Assembly: GCF_018977255.1 (NCBI RefSeq)
Contig: NW_024704742.1
Coordinates: forward strand, 125,304,001 to 125,368,000
Direction of reading: 5' to 3'
Source of the DNA: Callorhinchus milii
Taxonomy: Eukaryota
DNA: 64,000 nucleotides
In this document: positions 1-11,795 of the stretch, piece by piece
Layout of the letters: the number at the start of each line of letters is the position of its first letter
How positions within the stretch are numbered: the first letter of the stretch is position 1
The notes under the pieces: generated by a model
What the model was told of the DNA's origin: nothing
The model's input: the letters and a program-made list of their open reading frames with translations, nothing else
Database searches by the model: none
Position numbers and translations under genes: made by a program

Positions 1-504
1 ACGATTATTATTATGCAAATTGATGACTCAATTTTCAAAAAATTAGGATACAATGTTTATAGAGTGCGATTAAATTCAGATAATTTCATCTAAATGATCC
101 TTCATCTTAGTTTATTCCCATTACCAACAAGTCAGCTCTCAGCAACGCATCAATTTATGTTACAATTATTCATAATTTGGTGTCTAGGACACTTTCCCAC
201 TCCAATTTTCTCTTTTTAGTGAATCTCTATTTTTTTAAGGATGTGGACGCCACTGAGAGGGCCACCATTTATTACCCGTTGCTCAGGTTGCCCTGAAAAG
301 ATGATTTTCTGCAGTCCTTTTGGCAATGATTCTCCCATAGTCGTGTTGGGTAAACATTACTGGGATGTAGACACAAATGTAGCACCATTAAACAAGATGA
401 AGAAAGACACAAAGCAAGCAATTGTAAGTTCAGCATCAGTAATTGGGCAAATTACTGGAATCTACAATCGTGGACAGAATAATTGAAGATTGGGAATGGT
501 AATG

Positions 505-850
505 GGAGTCCAGTACCTTAGTGGTTAGAGCACTCGCCTTGCAAGCGAGACGAATGGGTTTGATTCTCAGCAGGGCGAAATGTGGGGATAAGTTGACTTA
601 CTCCACACGCGTCTTGTTTCCTAGCAGTAAGTAGGAACTCAGTTGTTAGTCGATTGGTGGATCGTTTATCCAGGTGTAATAATTCCCTCAAAATAAATTA
701 AAATAATTTGGTCACTCAATCCACAAATGTTTGTGGACACTGCTTTGCGCCATTTTCTGCCGCATTTCGCCCACAAAATATGCAGTCAGTTCACTTTCCA
801 GTACATTCTGTGAAGCGCTTAGAGATGCCTCAAATGCAAGGATTATTATT
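505..850 (+). mobile_element. tRNA-derived SINE, long subfamily
   Basis: tRNA-like head (GTGGTTAGAGCACTCGC), ~60-bp internal segment, AAATGCAAGGATTATTA tail; homologous to 46956-47284. Confidence 0.85.
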
Positions 851-1014
851 TCTAAATCTGCTTTTATATAAAAGCTGCTTTCAAAAAAATCTGCTATGAA
901 AACTGGTGATGAACTGAATGGACTGCTCCTGTTTTACTGTATGAACAGGATGGAGAGTGACTTGGAGGAGAACTTGGAGGTGATTTTCCCTTGATACCAC
1001 TGTTATAATAAGAT

Positions 1015-1220
1015 ACAAATTTGCATTTATTTAGCACCTTTCACATAAGACGGACATCCCAAAGAGCTTAACAATGTTGACTCGGCACCCAAACTAGAGG
1101 TGAGAGCCGAAGGGGAGGGGGAGTAAGGAAGATGACCGAAAGTGCAGTCAAAGAGGTAGGTCTTGAGACGGACCTTGGATGAAGTGAGGGAGGAAACCAG
1201 TTTGGAGGCGACTCTGGGAT
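1015..1220 (-). mobile_element. L2 LINE 3' fragment
   Basis: Reverse complement matches the L2 3' UTR and tail of other copies (CTCAAGACC..CTCTTTGAC..GGGATGTCC..GTGAAAGGTGCT..AAATGCAAATTTGT). Confidence 0.7.
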
Positions 1221-1545
1221 GGAGGTGCTGCATTGTCACAGGTGCCATCCTTCAGATGAGATGTTAAACTGAGGTTCCATCTGCCTTTCAGATAGACATT
1301 AAAGATCCCATGGCATTAGTCAAAAAGTGAATGAAGTTTCTCCTGGCATCCAGGCCAATGATTCTCCAGGTTGAATTTGTTATTCACTCCTGTCTGTTTG
1401 TGGGACATTGCTGTGTCCAAATTGGCTGCCTTGTTCGGTAAAAGTACACAGTCACTATACTTTACAGTAAATCCTGCAAACTGATTTGAGACATCCTGCC
1501 AATGTGAAAAGCACTATATCAAATGCAATGATTAATTAATTATTA
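1221..1545 (+). mobile_element. Deu-domain (SacSINE1/AmnSINE1-like) SINE
   Basis: GTGCTGCATTGT..GGTGCCATCCTTCAGATGAGATGTTAAAC..AAAGATCCCATGGCA..CTGTTTGTGGGACATTGCTGTG..AATTGGCTGCC core plus L2-like tail. Confidence 0.8.
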
Positions 1546-2583
1546 ATATTAGTAGTATTCCACTATTGGTCAGGAAATAGTCCAACTTGTACTTGTGTAA
1601 GTTATTATTTGAGTTTGTAGTAAAACAATAAATGCTCAAATGGAATCCATATATCAGTTGATGATGAGTTAAGGGACAAAGTGAACAATCTGTGACAGTT
1701 TAGAGGTAGCAGGAAGGTAAAAGGAGACACTCAGAAGAAACACACACTGAGTCCTAATTCACTAGAATTGGAAACTATTTCTGTATTATACAGTTTCTGC
1801 CAGGTTACTTACTGATCCAGTGACTATTGAGGCTAACTAAACATCCTTTTGTTGATTTTCACATCCAAAATATTGTGCTTTCAACAACCACAACAACTTG
1901 CACCTATATAGCGCCCTCCACGCAGGGTAGTGTCTCAGAGCACTTCTTTCGTAGAAGAACAGCAAAGAAATAAAAAGTAAGATTTCTCCTACAAGATAGT
2001 AGAGATTTAAAGCAGCTTTTTCATCATGAGTAATCAGAAAAGTTCATCACAACAAGCTTCCACCTTCATTAAGGTCTCATTTAATGTACAAGTTAACATT
2101 AACGTACAAGTTAGAAATGTTCTATGTACCTATTTATACAGGATATGGAAGAATCGCCACAGAATATGGAAGCATTAAAAAAGTACAGTTCACCTGCTGA
2201 CCAATATGTACAAGGAATCATGTCACACATTTTTAGATTCACCTGTTCAAACACAATACCACATTCTTACTTTATCAGTATGAAATCAAACAGATCAATT
2301 TAGAATTATTGGTAAATGTGAGCCCTCGTGAGTTGACAAGTGGAATTTACCAACACTAGCCAAAGGAATAATGAACACAAATCAATAAAAATGACCTCCT
2401 TATCAATTTGCCTTCCACACAAATCAGAATTGCAATTTTGAAAAAAAAATCAGATGATGCTAGAGGATTGAAACTCTTAGATAATAAAAAGTGTCAAAAC
2501 CATTGAGTGTTAGGCAGCATTATATACATTTGTTTGTAGTAAATTGAGCAAATTTTATGTATGTTCAAGCACTCTAAGCTGCT

Positions 2584-2905
2584 ATAATAATAACAGTAAT
2601 CCTTGCATTTGATATAGCGCTTTTCACGTCGGGAGGACTTCCCAAAGCGCTTCACAGAACACACTGTAAAGTGAATTGACTGTATATTTGTGGGTGAACC
2701 CGGCAGCCAATTGCGCACAGCAATGTCCCACAAACAGTCGTAGATTGAAAATGACCAATTTATTATTGTTTTTGATTTTTGGAGGGATTATTATTAGGCT
2801 CTGTGTGGAGTAAGGAAACTTGCCCAAGGTTTCGCCCTGCCTGGAATTGAACTCAGGTCTCTCGCTTGCAAAGCGAGTGCTCTAACCACTGAGCTACAGG
2901 ACTCC
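2584..2905 (-). mobile_element. tRNA-derived SINE, short young subfamily, full length
   Basis: A box TAGCTCAGTGG, B box GTTCAATTCC, hairpin tail and (TTA)n end; near-identical to 46956-47284 and 49672-50000. Confidence 0.92.
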
Positions 2906-3109
2906 ACTACCCTGCTACCCTGCATGAGGGGCGCTATAAAAATTAAATTTGTTGTTTATATGGCAGATAAGTGTTGTATATAACTGTATAGAAGGTTATA
3001 TGTGTTTATGTCCAACTAGGGACTAAGCTCCTTTGAGGTTAAAAGGAGTCTTCTTGGAGCTAAGGAAGTGGGAAGCTTGCCAGACAGTGCTCTCAACGAC
3101 AATCTACAT

Positions 3110-3363
3110 TAGGATGACCATATTTTATCAACCAAATCTAGGGACACATTAAAAAAATTAACTCACCACAATTCCTGAAGTTGGCAGTACTGGAGAATCT
3201 TGTTGGATTAATGGCTGTGTTTCTCTGCTGAGTGTATCTGTTTTCTAATTTTATTGTTCTTGCTCAGTTTGTTGCTGAACTCAAGACAGGACAAATTTGG
3301 CCAGGGACACAATACCTCTTTTGGGGACTATCTCCAGAAATTGGGGACCTATGGTCAAACATA
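3110..3363. mobile_element. Possible decayed hAT-type non-autonomous element
   Basis: Starts TAGGATGACCATAT and ends CTATGGTCAAACATA (degenerate TAGGGTGACCA-type TIRs); several subterminal GGGAC motifs. Confidence 0.4.
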
Positions 3364-4269
3364 TGTGGTTTCAGCTGGTTAAAGTTGTTTGGAACGCCAA
3401 TGCATACCTGGAGTGCCCAGGCCTGGGTTCTTGCCAACTTACACCAAATACTCTCTGGAATTAGGTAAACAGGGTCAGTTCCACCAGGAGGAGAGTACAC
3501 ATTCCTTTCCAGATGAAGGGAATTTTCCTTACATTGCTGATATGCATATGGCGAATGCTCACTCTGGTTTGGATATTCTTAAGCATGGAATGTGTCAGAC
3601 TCACGGCTAACTAAAAACAGTTTGTTTGTAGCTTGGAAAGCAACTCTTAGGACTGGAGTCAATATGTATTCTGAAATGTTCTTCTGGAATCCTTCTATTC
3701 TATTTAATAATATCCATAGAAAAGTTAATAAATTTTATTCCATTTCAATCAAGAAATAGGACATACTTTGAAACACAGATCCAAGGATGGGTATATATGT
3801 CAGATGTGGGAACCTATGATTTGGAATCATTTTTGTGCTAAGGGATTTCTTAATTATGAAATTAACTGTGGGACACACGAGAGCTCCAACTCAAACCATA
3901 TTCTCGTCTGGTTCCCTCATGTTAGCGTGACATGTGTGATGTGCTCCCAGTTACTGGGAAGAGTCTCCACTCGTATTTCACAATAAAAACATCCTGTTAA
4001 GAAATACCACAAAATTTTCCTTGAGTTATTCCAAAGCAAAAGAAAGGATAAAATACTAAACTCTCCCTAAATCAGTGTGTTTTTAATTAGTGAAAGGGAC
4101 AATAAAAATATTGATGCATTAGCATTATTGTTAAACTTGTAGCTTATGGTATGTGTAATTATGTTCCAGTTGTAGAGCAATTACCAGCATGATATTAGTG
4201 CAAGCTATAGAGCTATAGAGCAAGCTATAGAGGTGCAAAGTCATAACATTGAGTTATACTGCAGTTTTT

Positions 4270-4548
4270 TCTCTTTGACCGTGCCTTCAGCTCCCCTCTC
4301 GACTCTCTTCCTCCTCCTCGCTCCCTCCCTTCCCTCCCCTCACCCTGACCATTTCCCCCCTCCTCTCTCCCTCCCTTCCCTCCCCTCACCCTGACCATTT
4401 CCCCCCTCCTCTCTCCCTCCCTTCCCTCCCCTCACCCTGACCATTTCCCCAATGCTCGGGTCATGACCCAACTGTGCAGCGCCTTGGGACGTCCTCCTGA
4501 CGTGAAAGGCGCTCTATAAATGGAATCTTGTTGTTGTTGTTGTTGTTG
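4270..4548 (+). mobile_element. L2 LINE 3' end with internal 46-bp tandem triplication
   Basis: CTCTTTGACCGTGCCTTCAG start, hairpin tail, (TTG)n end; CACCCTGACCATTTCC recurs at 4341, 4387 and 4433. Confidence 0.85.
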
Positions 4549-5286
4549 CAGTTCTGCACCGCTCTGTATTACGAACTTAATGGTTAGCAAGTGAGGCTTC
4601 AGCTTTAAAGTCAAAGTGGTGGTCTTCAATATTTCTGTTGTATTGAAGCTGAAGTTATACTGCCGAGTGTGTGTGTTGTTTGACAGTTATCATGTCAAGC
4701 ACAACACAAGACAAGAGGGTGAGTCAATGTTTCGGGTCCACAACCCTTCGTCGAAGTACAGGTTCAGAATTGTGAAGGTCACTTTTAAAACAATAGGAAG
4801 TATTTCTTCCCACGGAGGGTAAAAACAGTTGAAGAGCTACTAGGATAATTGGTAGAGGCCAAGATACTGGGCTTTATTAATTCTGTATTGAGAAGGTAGA
4901 ATGGTTGATATTCTGAATACATTAAAGCCCTGGCTTACCAGACTCCGGATATCCAGAATTCAAACCTAGCAGGACTGGAATCCAACATCAAAAAAATATA
5001 TTTTTTAAATTTTGCAGACGCTCGCACATGCAAACTCCTGTTGGCCACTCTCCTATCACACTAAGGAGCCTTACCATCCTTGCTGGCCTTCACAGCAGCC
5101 AGGCAATCGATTTTGACTTAGACTGTTTGAATCCTGCAAGCAAACGATAACTTATTTGCTATCTTCTACTAGCAGGATTCAAACAATTCAGATGCTTCTA
5201 CTGGCATTTACTGGCATTTTTCCCAAAAAACGGTAAATGTGGCTTCCTGGACTGGATCGCTTTCATTGGTCCAGCCAGCCGGGACT

Positions 5287-5552
5287 TAATAATAATAATA
5301 ATAATAATAATCCTTGCATTTGAAATAATACCTTATCACATTATTGAATCATCTCAGAATGTATCACAAGGATTATTGCAAAGTGTAGTGACTGTATTTG
5401 TAGGCAAACATGGCTGTCAATATGCACACAGCAATGTCCAATGAACAGCTATGAAGTAAATGACCAATTTTATTTGAGCAATTGCTGGCCAATTCCCTTC
5501 TCTTTTAAATAGTGCCATGGAATCTTTAAAGTCCATCTGAACAAGCAAACAG
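5287..5552 (-). mobile_element. Deu-type SINE, decayed
   Basis: (AAT)n-TCCTTGCATTTGA tail and AATAGTGCCATGGAATCTTTAA..TCCATCTG core on the reverse strand. Confidence 0.7.
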
Positions 5553-5765
5553 GTGAGAAATCAAATGGACTGAAGAGATTTTTGGTCCAAACTTCTCTTG
5601 GGATCTTGCGCTATTGCAATAAGTTTGCCCAAAAAACAACTTAAAATCAAGGAAAATTTAAACTGTTAAAAATCTATTTGTCCTATATTTGCATATGTAG
5701 AAACAGACTAGGCACAATTTGTTTGGAAATAAATAAGTTTTCCTGCACTACATTCCTAAATCACT

Positions 5766-6021
5766 CATACATACATACATACATACATACATACATACAT
5801 ACATACATACATACATACATACATACATACATACATACATACATACATACATACATACATACATACATACATACATACAAACAAACAAACAAACAAACAA
5901 ACAAACAAACAAACAAACAAACAAACAAACAAACAAACAAACAAACAAACAAACAAACAAACATACATACATACATACATACATACATACATACATACAT
6001 ACATACATACATACATACATA
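5766..6021. repeat. Compound tetranucleotide microsatellite (CATA)28(CAAA)21(CATA)15
   Basis: Direct count: CATA 5766-5877, CAAA 5878-5961, CATA 5962-6021. Confidence 0.97.
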
Positions 6022-6134
6022 CAAGACTTGTGTTTTGTGTGTTTCATATCAATTGGTTGTTTGTTTTCTGTAAACCACTTATCTCTGATATGCGTCATCT
6101 ATGTGCTTTTACTCAAGAGGGAAATATCAATATT

Positions 6135-6425
6135 GATCCTTATGTTTGATACAGCGCTGTTGATGATGAGAGAACATCTCATAACGCTTCACAGGATTTA
6201 CTGTAAATTGTAGTGACTTGTGTATTTTGTTGGATAATGTAGCAATGGCCCACAAGCAAACATGAAGTGAATGATCAATTTTAGTTGGCGATTGTTGGTC
6301 GGGAAAAACTCCCTTTTCTTTTCAAATGGTGCCACAGAATCTTTAACAACCATTCGAACAGGCAGAGGTGGCCTTGGTTGAATGTTTCATCTGAAGGACG
6401 ACACCACTACCAACTGAGCCAGACT
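6135..6425 (-). mobile_element. Deu-type SINE, decayed
   Basis: Reverse-strand Deu core (GGTGCCACAGAATCTTTAAC, TTCATCTGAAGGACG) and a head remnant (TACCAACTGAGCC). Confidence 0.65.
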
Positions 6426-7794
6426 GACATGGAATGAATATAAAAAGAAAACATCCATAGGCAGCCCACCAGAATCATATCACATAATTATTTCTGATAA
6501 ATGTCAGATTAAAATAGATACAGAAACAATTGCTTAATTTATTTTCCCCCAGTTAAAGATATCTTACAGGTTATTGTCAATTAATTCTATTGTGATGATG
6601 AGTGACAAAAGCTGACTGCAACCCATTCAGAACTTTGTCACTTCCTCATCTTGACTGGAAGCGATATTGATCTTGATATGAATCACACTGTTGCTATGAA
6701 ATGCCTCCTGCTTATCAGACACAAGGTGTCTAATGTGTGAGCGAATTTTATTGAGCACAGCTTGACATTCTTAGAAATTTCAGTGCCATTCAATTGGATT
6801 CAATTCAGAAACTGAATGAACTGTATTTAATACCCTAGTTGCACTGCACATTTAGCATTAGTGGGACCGTATCTTTTGCACTGCACATGCGGTATAATAC
6901 AGTACTGCCAATTATGTATACGTCAGCAGTTTTGGCAACAGCCAAAGTTGGTTTTGCCTTGTTAGCACAAATTGTTAAGTGTACTGCTTTCTTTTCAAAC
7001 TTTAACTCAACTTCTCAAACTTTAAAAAAAAGGCAGATTTTTCTACTGCCTTTTAATTCATGATAGAAAAGGTTTGATCCGAACATTTATTTTATCTCGG
7101 TAGGCTGAATCTCCAGTGCACTGTAAGAAAACACTGACTTGTTGAAGGTGCCTTCTTAGAATGAGACATTCATGTGTTCAGGTGGACATTTAAAGAGTTC
7201 ATGATATTATTGGAAAATAGAAGGGAGTTCTCCTGTGCTAGTAATCCTCCAGATAAAGTCGTCAATCACTGCATGGCTATTTATGGGACTTTTCTGTGCA
7301 TCAATTGCCTGCCACATTTACCTACAAACACAACACTTAAATTAGCAACAATCCCCTGTAAAGCTATTTGAGATACTTCAAAATTACAGACATTGCAAAT
7401 TATGGAAAATTCTTGAAATCTGTTTTAATTTGGAAGGGAGCTAGTTCTTCTTTAACAACACCAGAAAAATTGTCTTCCAAATTAAGGCTGAATTTAAGAA
7501 TGGTCTAAAATTCTGCAAGATTCTTAAAGTCTCTAAAATTTTAAGACAAAATGGTCCTAAGACTCTGATTCTTACATAATTAGTATTACATTCATTTTAC
7601 TTGACTGCCTTTGTGAGGTTTAAGAAAAAACTGTTGCAGAACAATTCCCCAGGAGATAAGAGTGGGTGGTCTGCAGTTTAACGTAGATCTGTATATTTGC
7701 ATGGTCTGTATAGTCAGTGACTAGATATCTTGATTGTAATGTAATAGGCATCAATAACATTCTCCCCATTTCCAAATTCTGAATTAGAATAATA

Positions 7795-8125
7795 TATAAT
7801 AATAATCCCTGCATTTGATAAAGCACTGATAATGTCAAAACATAAAAAACTGTGAATGCAGCAGTAGATTTGCACACATCAAGGACCCACAAAGAGTTAT
7901 GATGTGAATCACCAATTGTATCTGGGGGATTGTTGACCAGTACCAGGAGGAAGCCCTTTAATGTACTTGATTTAATATCTCATCCGAAAGATTAGAGCTC
8001 GAACAATGCAGCTTTTCCCCAGCACTACACTAAAGCATCAATCTATCTAAACTATGAGATCAAAGCTCCAACATGGGGCTTAAACCCACAATCTTCTGAC
8101 CCAGAGGCAAGAAGGATACCAACTC
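7795..8125 (-). mobile_element. Deu-type SINE, decayed
   Basis: AATAATCCCTGCATTTGATA tail, TTTAATATCTCATCCGAAAGA..ACAATGCAGC core, TTCTGACCCAGAGGCAAG head remnant. Confidence 0.65.
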
Positions 8126-8622
8126 TTTCTTTATTCAGAAGGTAATCAACAACTGGAACATGCATATATTATAACAATACATATATTGCTTAAGAAATAA
8201 ATATTTAGAACCATATTAATATCAACCATATGTATATTTTTTTGCAAAATATGTCATGGGATAGCTGATTATTGTTTTTGTTTACAGAAGGTTCATGTTA
8301 ACAGTTTTCATAGTCCAAGTAAACAATCAATCTTGAAGTGAATGGCAATACAATAATCTTTGCATTTGATACAGGGCCTTTCACATCTGGAGAACATCTC
8401 AAAGTGCTCATCACGAGTTTCACTGTAAAGTGTTGTGTCTGTTTTTTTTGTACATGAAAGTTGTTGTGGTATAGACCTAAGTGTAGTACTCATTGGTTTA
8501 TATATTTCACAAAATATTCGAAAGCGGCTGTTACAGATTATATCTTATACTCAAATTACAGTCGAGCAGAGAAGCAGCAATATGTTCCAAAGTTATTGAC
8601 GTAGTTATGCAATTTACACCTG

Positions 8623-8828
8623 AGGCCTAAAATTTATCATGGTCTCAACCATAAGACCATTGTCTTTAAATGTTAACTTGTCCAGGATTTTGGAAAATTC
8701 AAGATTCCAATCTTAAAAAGCAGTTAGTTCCACATTAAGACTGAATTTTAAGATTTGTCTAAAATTCTGCACAATCGTAAATTGTAAGATTGTAATCGTA
8801 AAGCTAAGACCATGCAAATTTCCAGGTT
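8623..8828. mobile_element. Palindromic MITE-like repeat; relatives at ~7400-7570 and ~44390-44485
   Basis: Imperfect TIRs (CCTAAAATTTATCATGGTCTCAACC vs reverse complement of GCTAAGACCATGCAAATTTCCAGG); core resembling ATTAAGACTGAATTTAAGAA shared by three loci. Confidence 0.55.
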
Positions 8829-9608
8829 TATGGTTCATTCTTTCAAGACTGTCTGAATCAAGCTTGAAATGGTATGTAAATGTACAGGTATTTTTGGAAA
8901 GCTAATATAGATGATTTGCCTTTTAAATGAGTAACTCTGCACTGTCCTTTGAGTGTGATAAACTCTCCAGGTGTCTTAATTCCTTTAATACCTGTGGCTA
9001 TGACAAAGCCACCTAATAATTAGAGTCAAGAGTTCAGGTGTGACTCTCCCTTTTGATCTCACTGGGATGGCTCCATTTTATAATTTGTCTTTTTTTGTTC
9101 ACGTATATCTAGATAGAAAGAAATGATCATGCTTGTTACATTGATACAAAAAAGACAGCAAAACACAGATCTTAATGAGGCACTTGGGGTTAAGGCAGAA
9201 ATTGTTGCTTCAATGCATCAGTGCATTGGATCTGAAAACCTGCTTTGTCATTGATACTGTGGCTATACAAAACAAATAGTGTTTGTTCTCGTATCGCAGA
9301 TTATACATCTAGTTAAGAGAAACAAGAGACTTTGTTTTACACTGCTCTGTTTAGGTGTAGATGTTTTCTTTTTTATTTTAATGATAAAGTGTAACAGGTA
9401 TGGAATTAGATCAAAATTAAACATGCTTCAAAGATATAGGCATGAATGAATCTAGTATGTGCTACAGGGCAACTAAACCATAAATATAGTTAGAGACAGA
9501 AAGAATGTGGAGGTTGAAGAGACTCACTGGAATTAGGATTTCTCGAAGTCTGGCGCAGTAGACTATGTAGCGATTGTACTTACTTTAGTGGTTCATTAGG
9601 AGTATATA

Positions 9609-9764
9609 CAGTCAAACCTGTATTCAACAGCCACTCAGGGAAATGGGCCATAGTGGCCTTTGTCAAAAGGTGTCCTCTGAGCAATGTTTTGTTTGTGTGC
9701 GAACTGGGCTGTTTGGGCTGTTCCCAGTTGTTAACAGGGGTGGTTGCCTGAACAGGTTTGACGG
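9609..9764. mobile_element. Tc1/mariner-pogo-type MITE with TA target duplication
   Basis: TA|CAGTCAAACCTGT...ACAGGTTTGACGG|TA; TIRs match at 12 of 13 bases; 156 bp. Confidence 0.75.
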
Positions 9765-10879
9765 TATATTACGTTGTGTTATATTGTACTGAGATTTAAA
9801 AAACACATCCAATTTCTGGGTCTGTGCTGAGTTCACTGCTCTCAAGCCACAGAAGGATTAGAACAAATAGTGACCAGTGTTCCCGCTCCTGATCACTATA
9901 TCATGATCACTGTTTGAAATTCTGATGGCATGTATATGTGTGTGTGTGTTTGTGTGTAATGGATGTGTGTATGCGCATGTCTGTGTGCAAGCACATTGGG
10001 TAAGGCTAGAATTGGGCTATCATACACCAATCTTTGAATAATCTGCCGATATCGCTATTCAGGATTACATATGAAGAGCAGCTACTTGGATAGATTATCC
10101 AGAGGGCTGCTGATGTGATGCCTGCAAGAATGAATGTCCACAATAATCATCGTAGAAAAAAACTGTGAAACACCCCACTGCCCCCAATCCCATTCGCAGC
10201 ACTGCTGCTGTTCTTGAAATCCAGTCTCTCAGGCTGCTGTGAACAGAGATATCGGTGTGCATGCTGTGTTCTTCCACCTCATCACAACAGATGCAACTGG
10301 CCCTCATTATTATCCCCATTTGTTTTGCAATCTCGTTGCTTGGATTCACTGTGTTTGGAAATAGATTTTATCTCTCTGGAACTTTCTCTCTCACAGCACT
10401 TACACTTTTTAATTACTGTAATTTTGCTTTTAATTACACTAACTTAGAAAATCAAACCACACCACCCTCTAATCAAATATTGCAGTTAATTTCCATTTAC
10501 ATAATTACTATCTGGCGTAGACGCCAAAGAAACAATCTGGAGAGGGCTGTTTCCGTGCCTTTTTTATTTATTTACCATAATATTAGCAATGAGTATACTT
10601 GGACTATTTTTGTTCACCTTCCTATCACATACCTCCCTGTTACAAGGATGTCTGAACATCAGGGGAGATGCTGCTGTAGAAAGGTTAGGTCCTGATGTTA
10701 AAAGGCATCAACCATACAAGCACACAAGTGGCATTTAGTGAGCTAATTGCTATCTCTAATGATGCAACCAGGCCTCCAGCTCTTATTATTGGTCTGTTGA
10801 AATCAAACAAGGGTAACATCTTCTAACATTCACCATGTAGAGCAAATATTCAAAACAGTGTTAATTGCCATTATCAGAC

Positions 10880-11165
10880 TAGCTGGGTTGGTAATAGTCT
10901 CTCTTCTGGGTCACAATGAGTGATGTTCAAACCCCACATCGGAACTTGTGTTTATAGATTGGGTTAACACACCAATACCATGTTGGGGAGTGCAGTATTG
11001 TTGGAGGTGCCATCCTTTGGAAGTGATATTAAAGTGAGCCTGCTTCAGGATAATCTAAAAAACTCACTGCACTATTTGAAAAGAGAAGGAAGTTTCTCCC
11101 GGTGCTTTAGCAAACAAATCTTTCAGATTAATAAGTCATTCAATTTGTGGCTGCCACTTTAGCCT
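10880..11165 (+). mobile_element. Deu-type SINE, decayed
   Basis: GGGAGTGCAGTATTGTTGGAGGTGCCATCCTTTGGA..GCACTATTTGAAAAGAG..TTCTCCCGGTG core. Confidence 0.7.
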
Positions 11166-11412
11166 ACAACAACAACATTATATTTATTGAGTGTCTTTCA
11201 CGTTGGGAGGCCGTCCCAAAAAGCCAAAGCACATAGAGACACTTTTACATATAAGGTGCTACTGTAACTAAATGTAAGTTCTTTCTTTCAGTCAGTGGGT
11301 TATCAGGATGGGGAGTTGAGTCCCTGCGTGAAGTTACAAAGGCAAATGTCAAGCAACCTTGGAATAATTTTTCCCCATTCATTTTTTTTTGCTCCTACTG
11401 CATTTAGGCACT

Positions 11413-11795
11413 ATAATAATAATAATAATCCTTGCATTTGATATGTCACCTTATCATGTTGATGAGACATTTCAAAGTGCTTCACAGAATATATATATTG
11501 TAAAGTGAATTGACTGTATATTTTGTGGGCAAAACAAATTGTACATAGCAGTGTTCCACAAACAGTCATGGATTGAATGACCAAATTTGTCATTGTTTTG
11601 GGTTCTTTCAGAGGGATTATTATCCCCGGAAAGCTATCCACCAATCAACTAACAACCAGGTTCCTACTTATTGTTAAGTAAACCGAGGTGGGTGGAGTAA
11701 GGAAATTTGCCTAACGGTTTCACCCTGCCCGGGAATTGAACCCAGGTCCTCTCGTGTGCTAGGCGAGCGCATTAACCATTATGCTGCAGAACTCC
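11413..11795 (-). mobile_element. tRNA-derived SINE, long subfamily, full length
   Basis: B box GGTTCAATTCC on minus strand, internal ~60-bp segment, (TTA)n tail. Confidence 0.88.

Noticed and set aside
4321..4450. CRISPR-like repeat array
   Set aside because: Head-to-tail 46-bp tandem copies without unique spacers, inside an L2 3' UTR in eukaryotic DNA.
5678..6098. YIHT/MYVC-repeat ORFs
   Set aside because: Translations of the tetranucleotide microsatellite.
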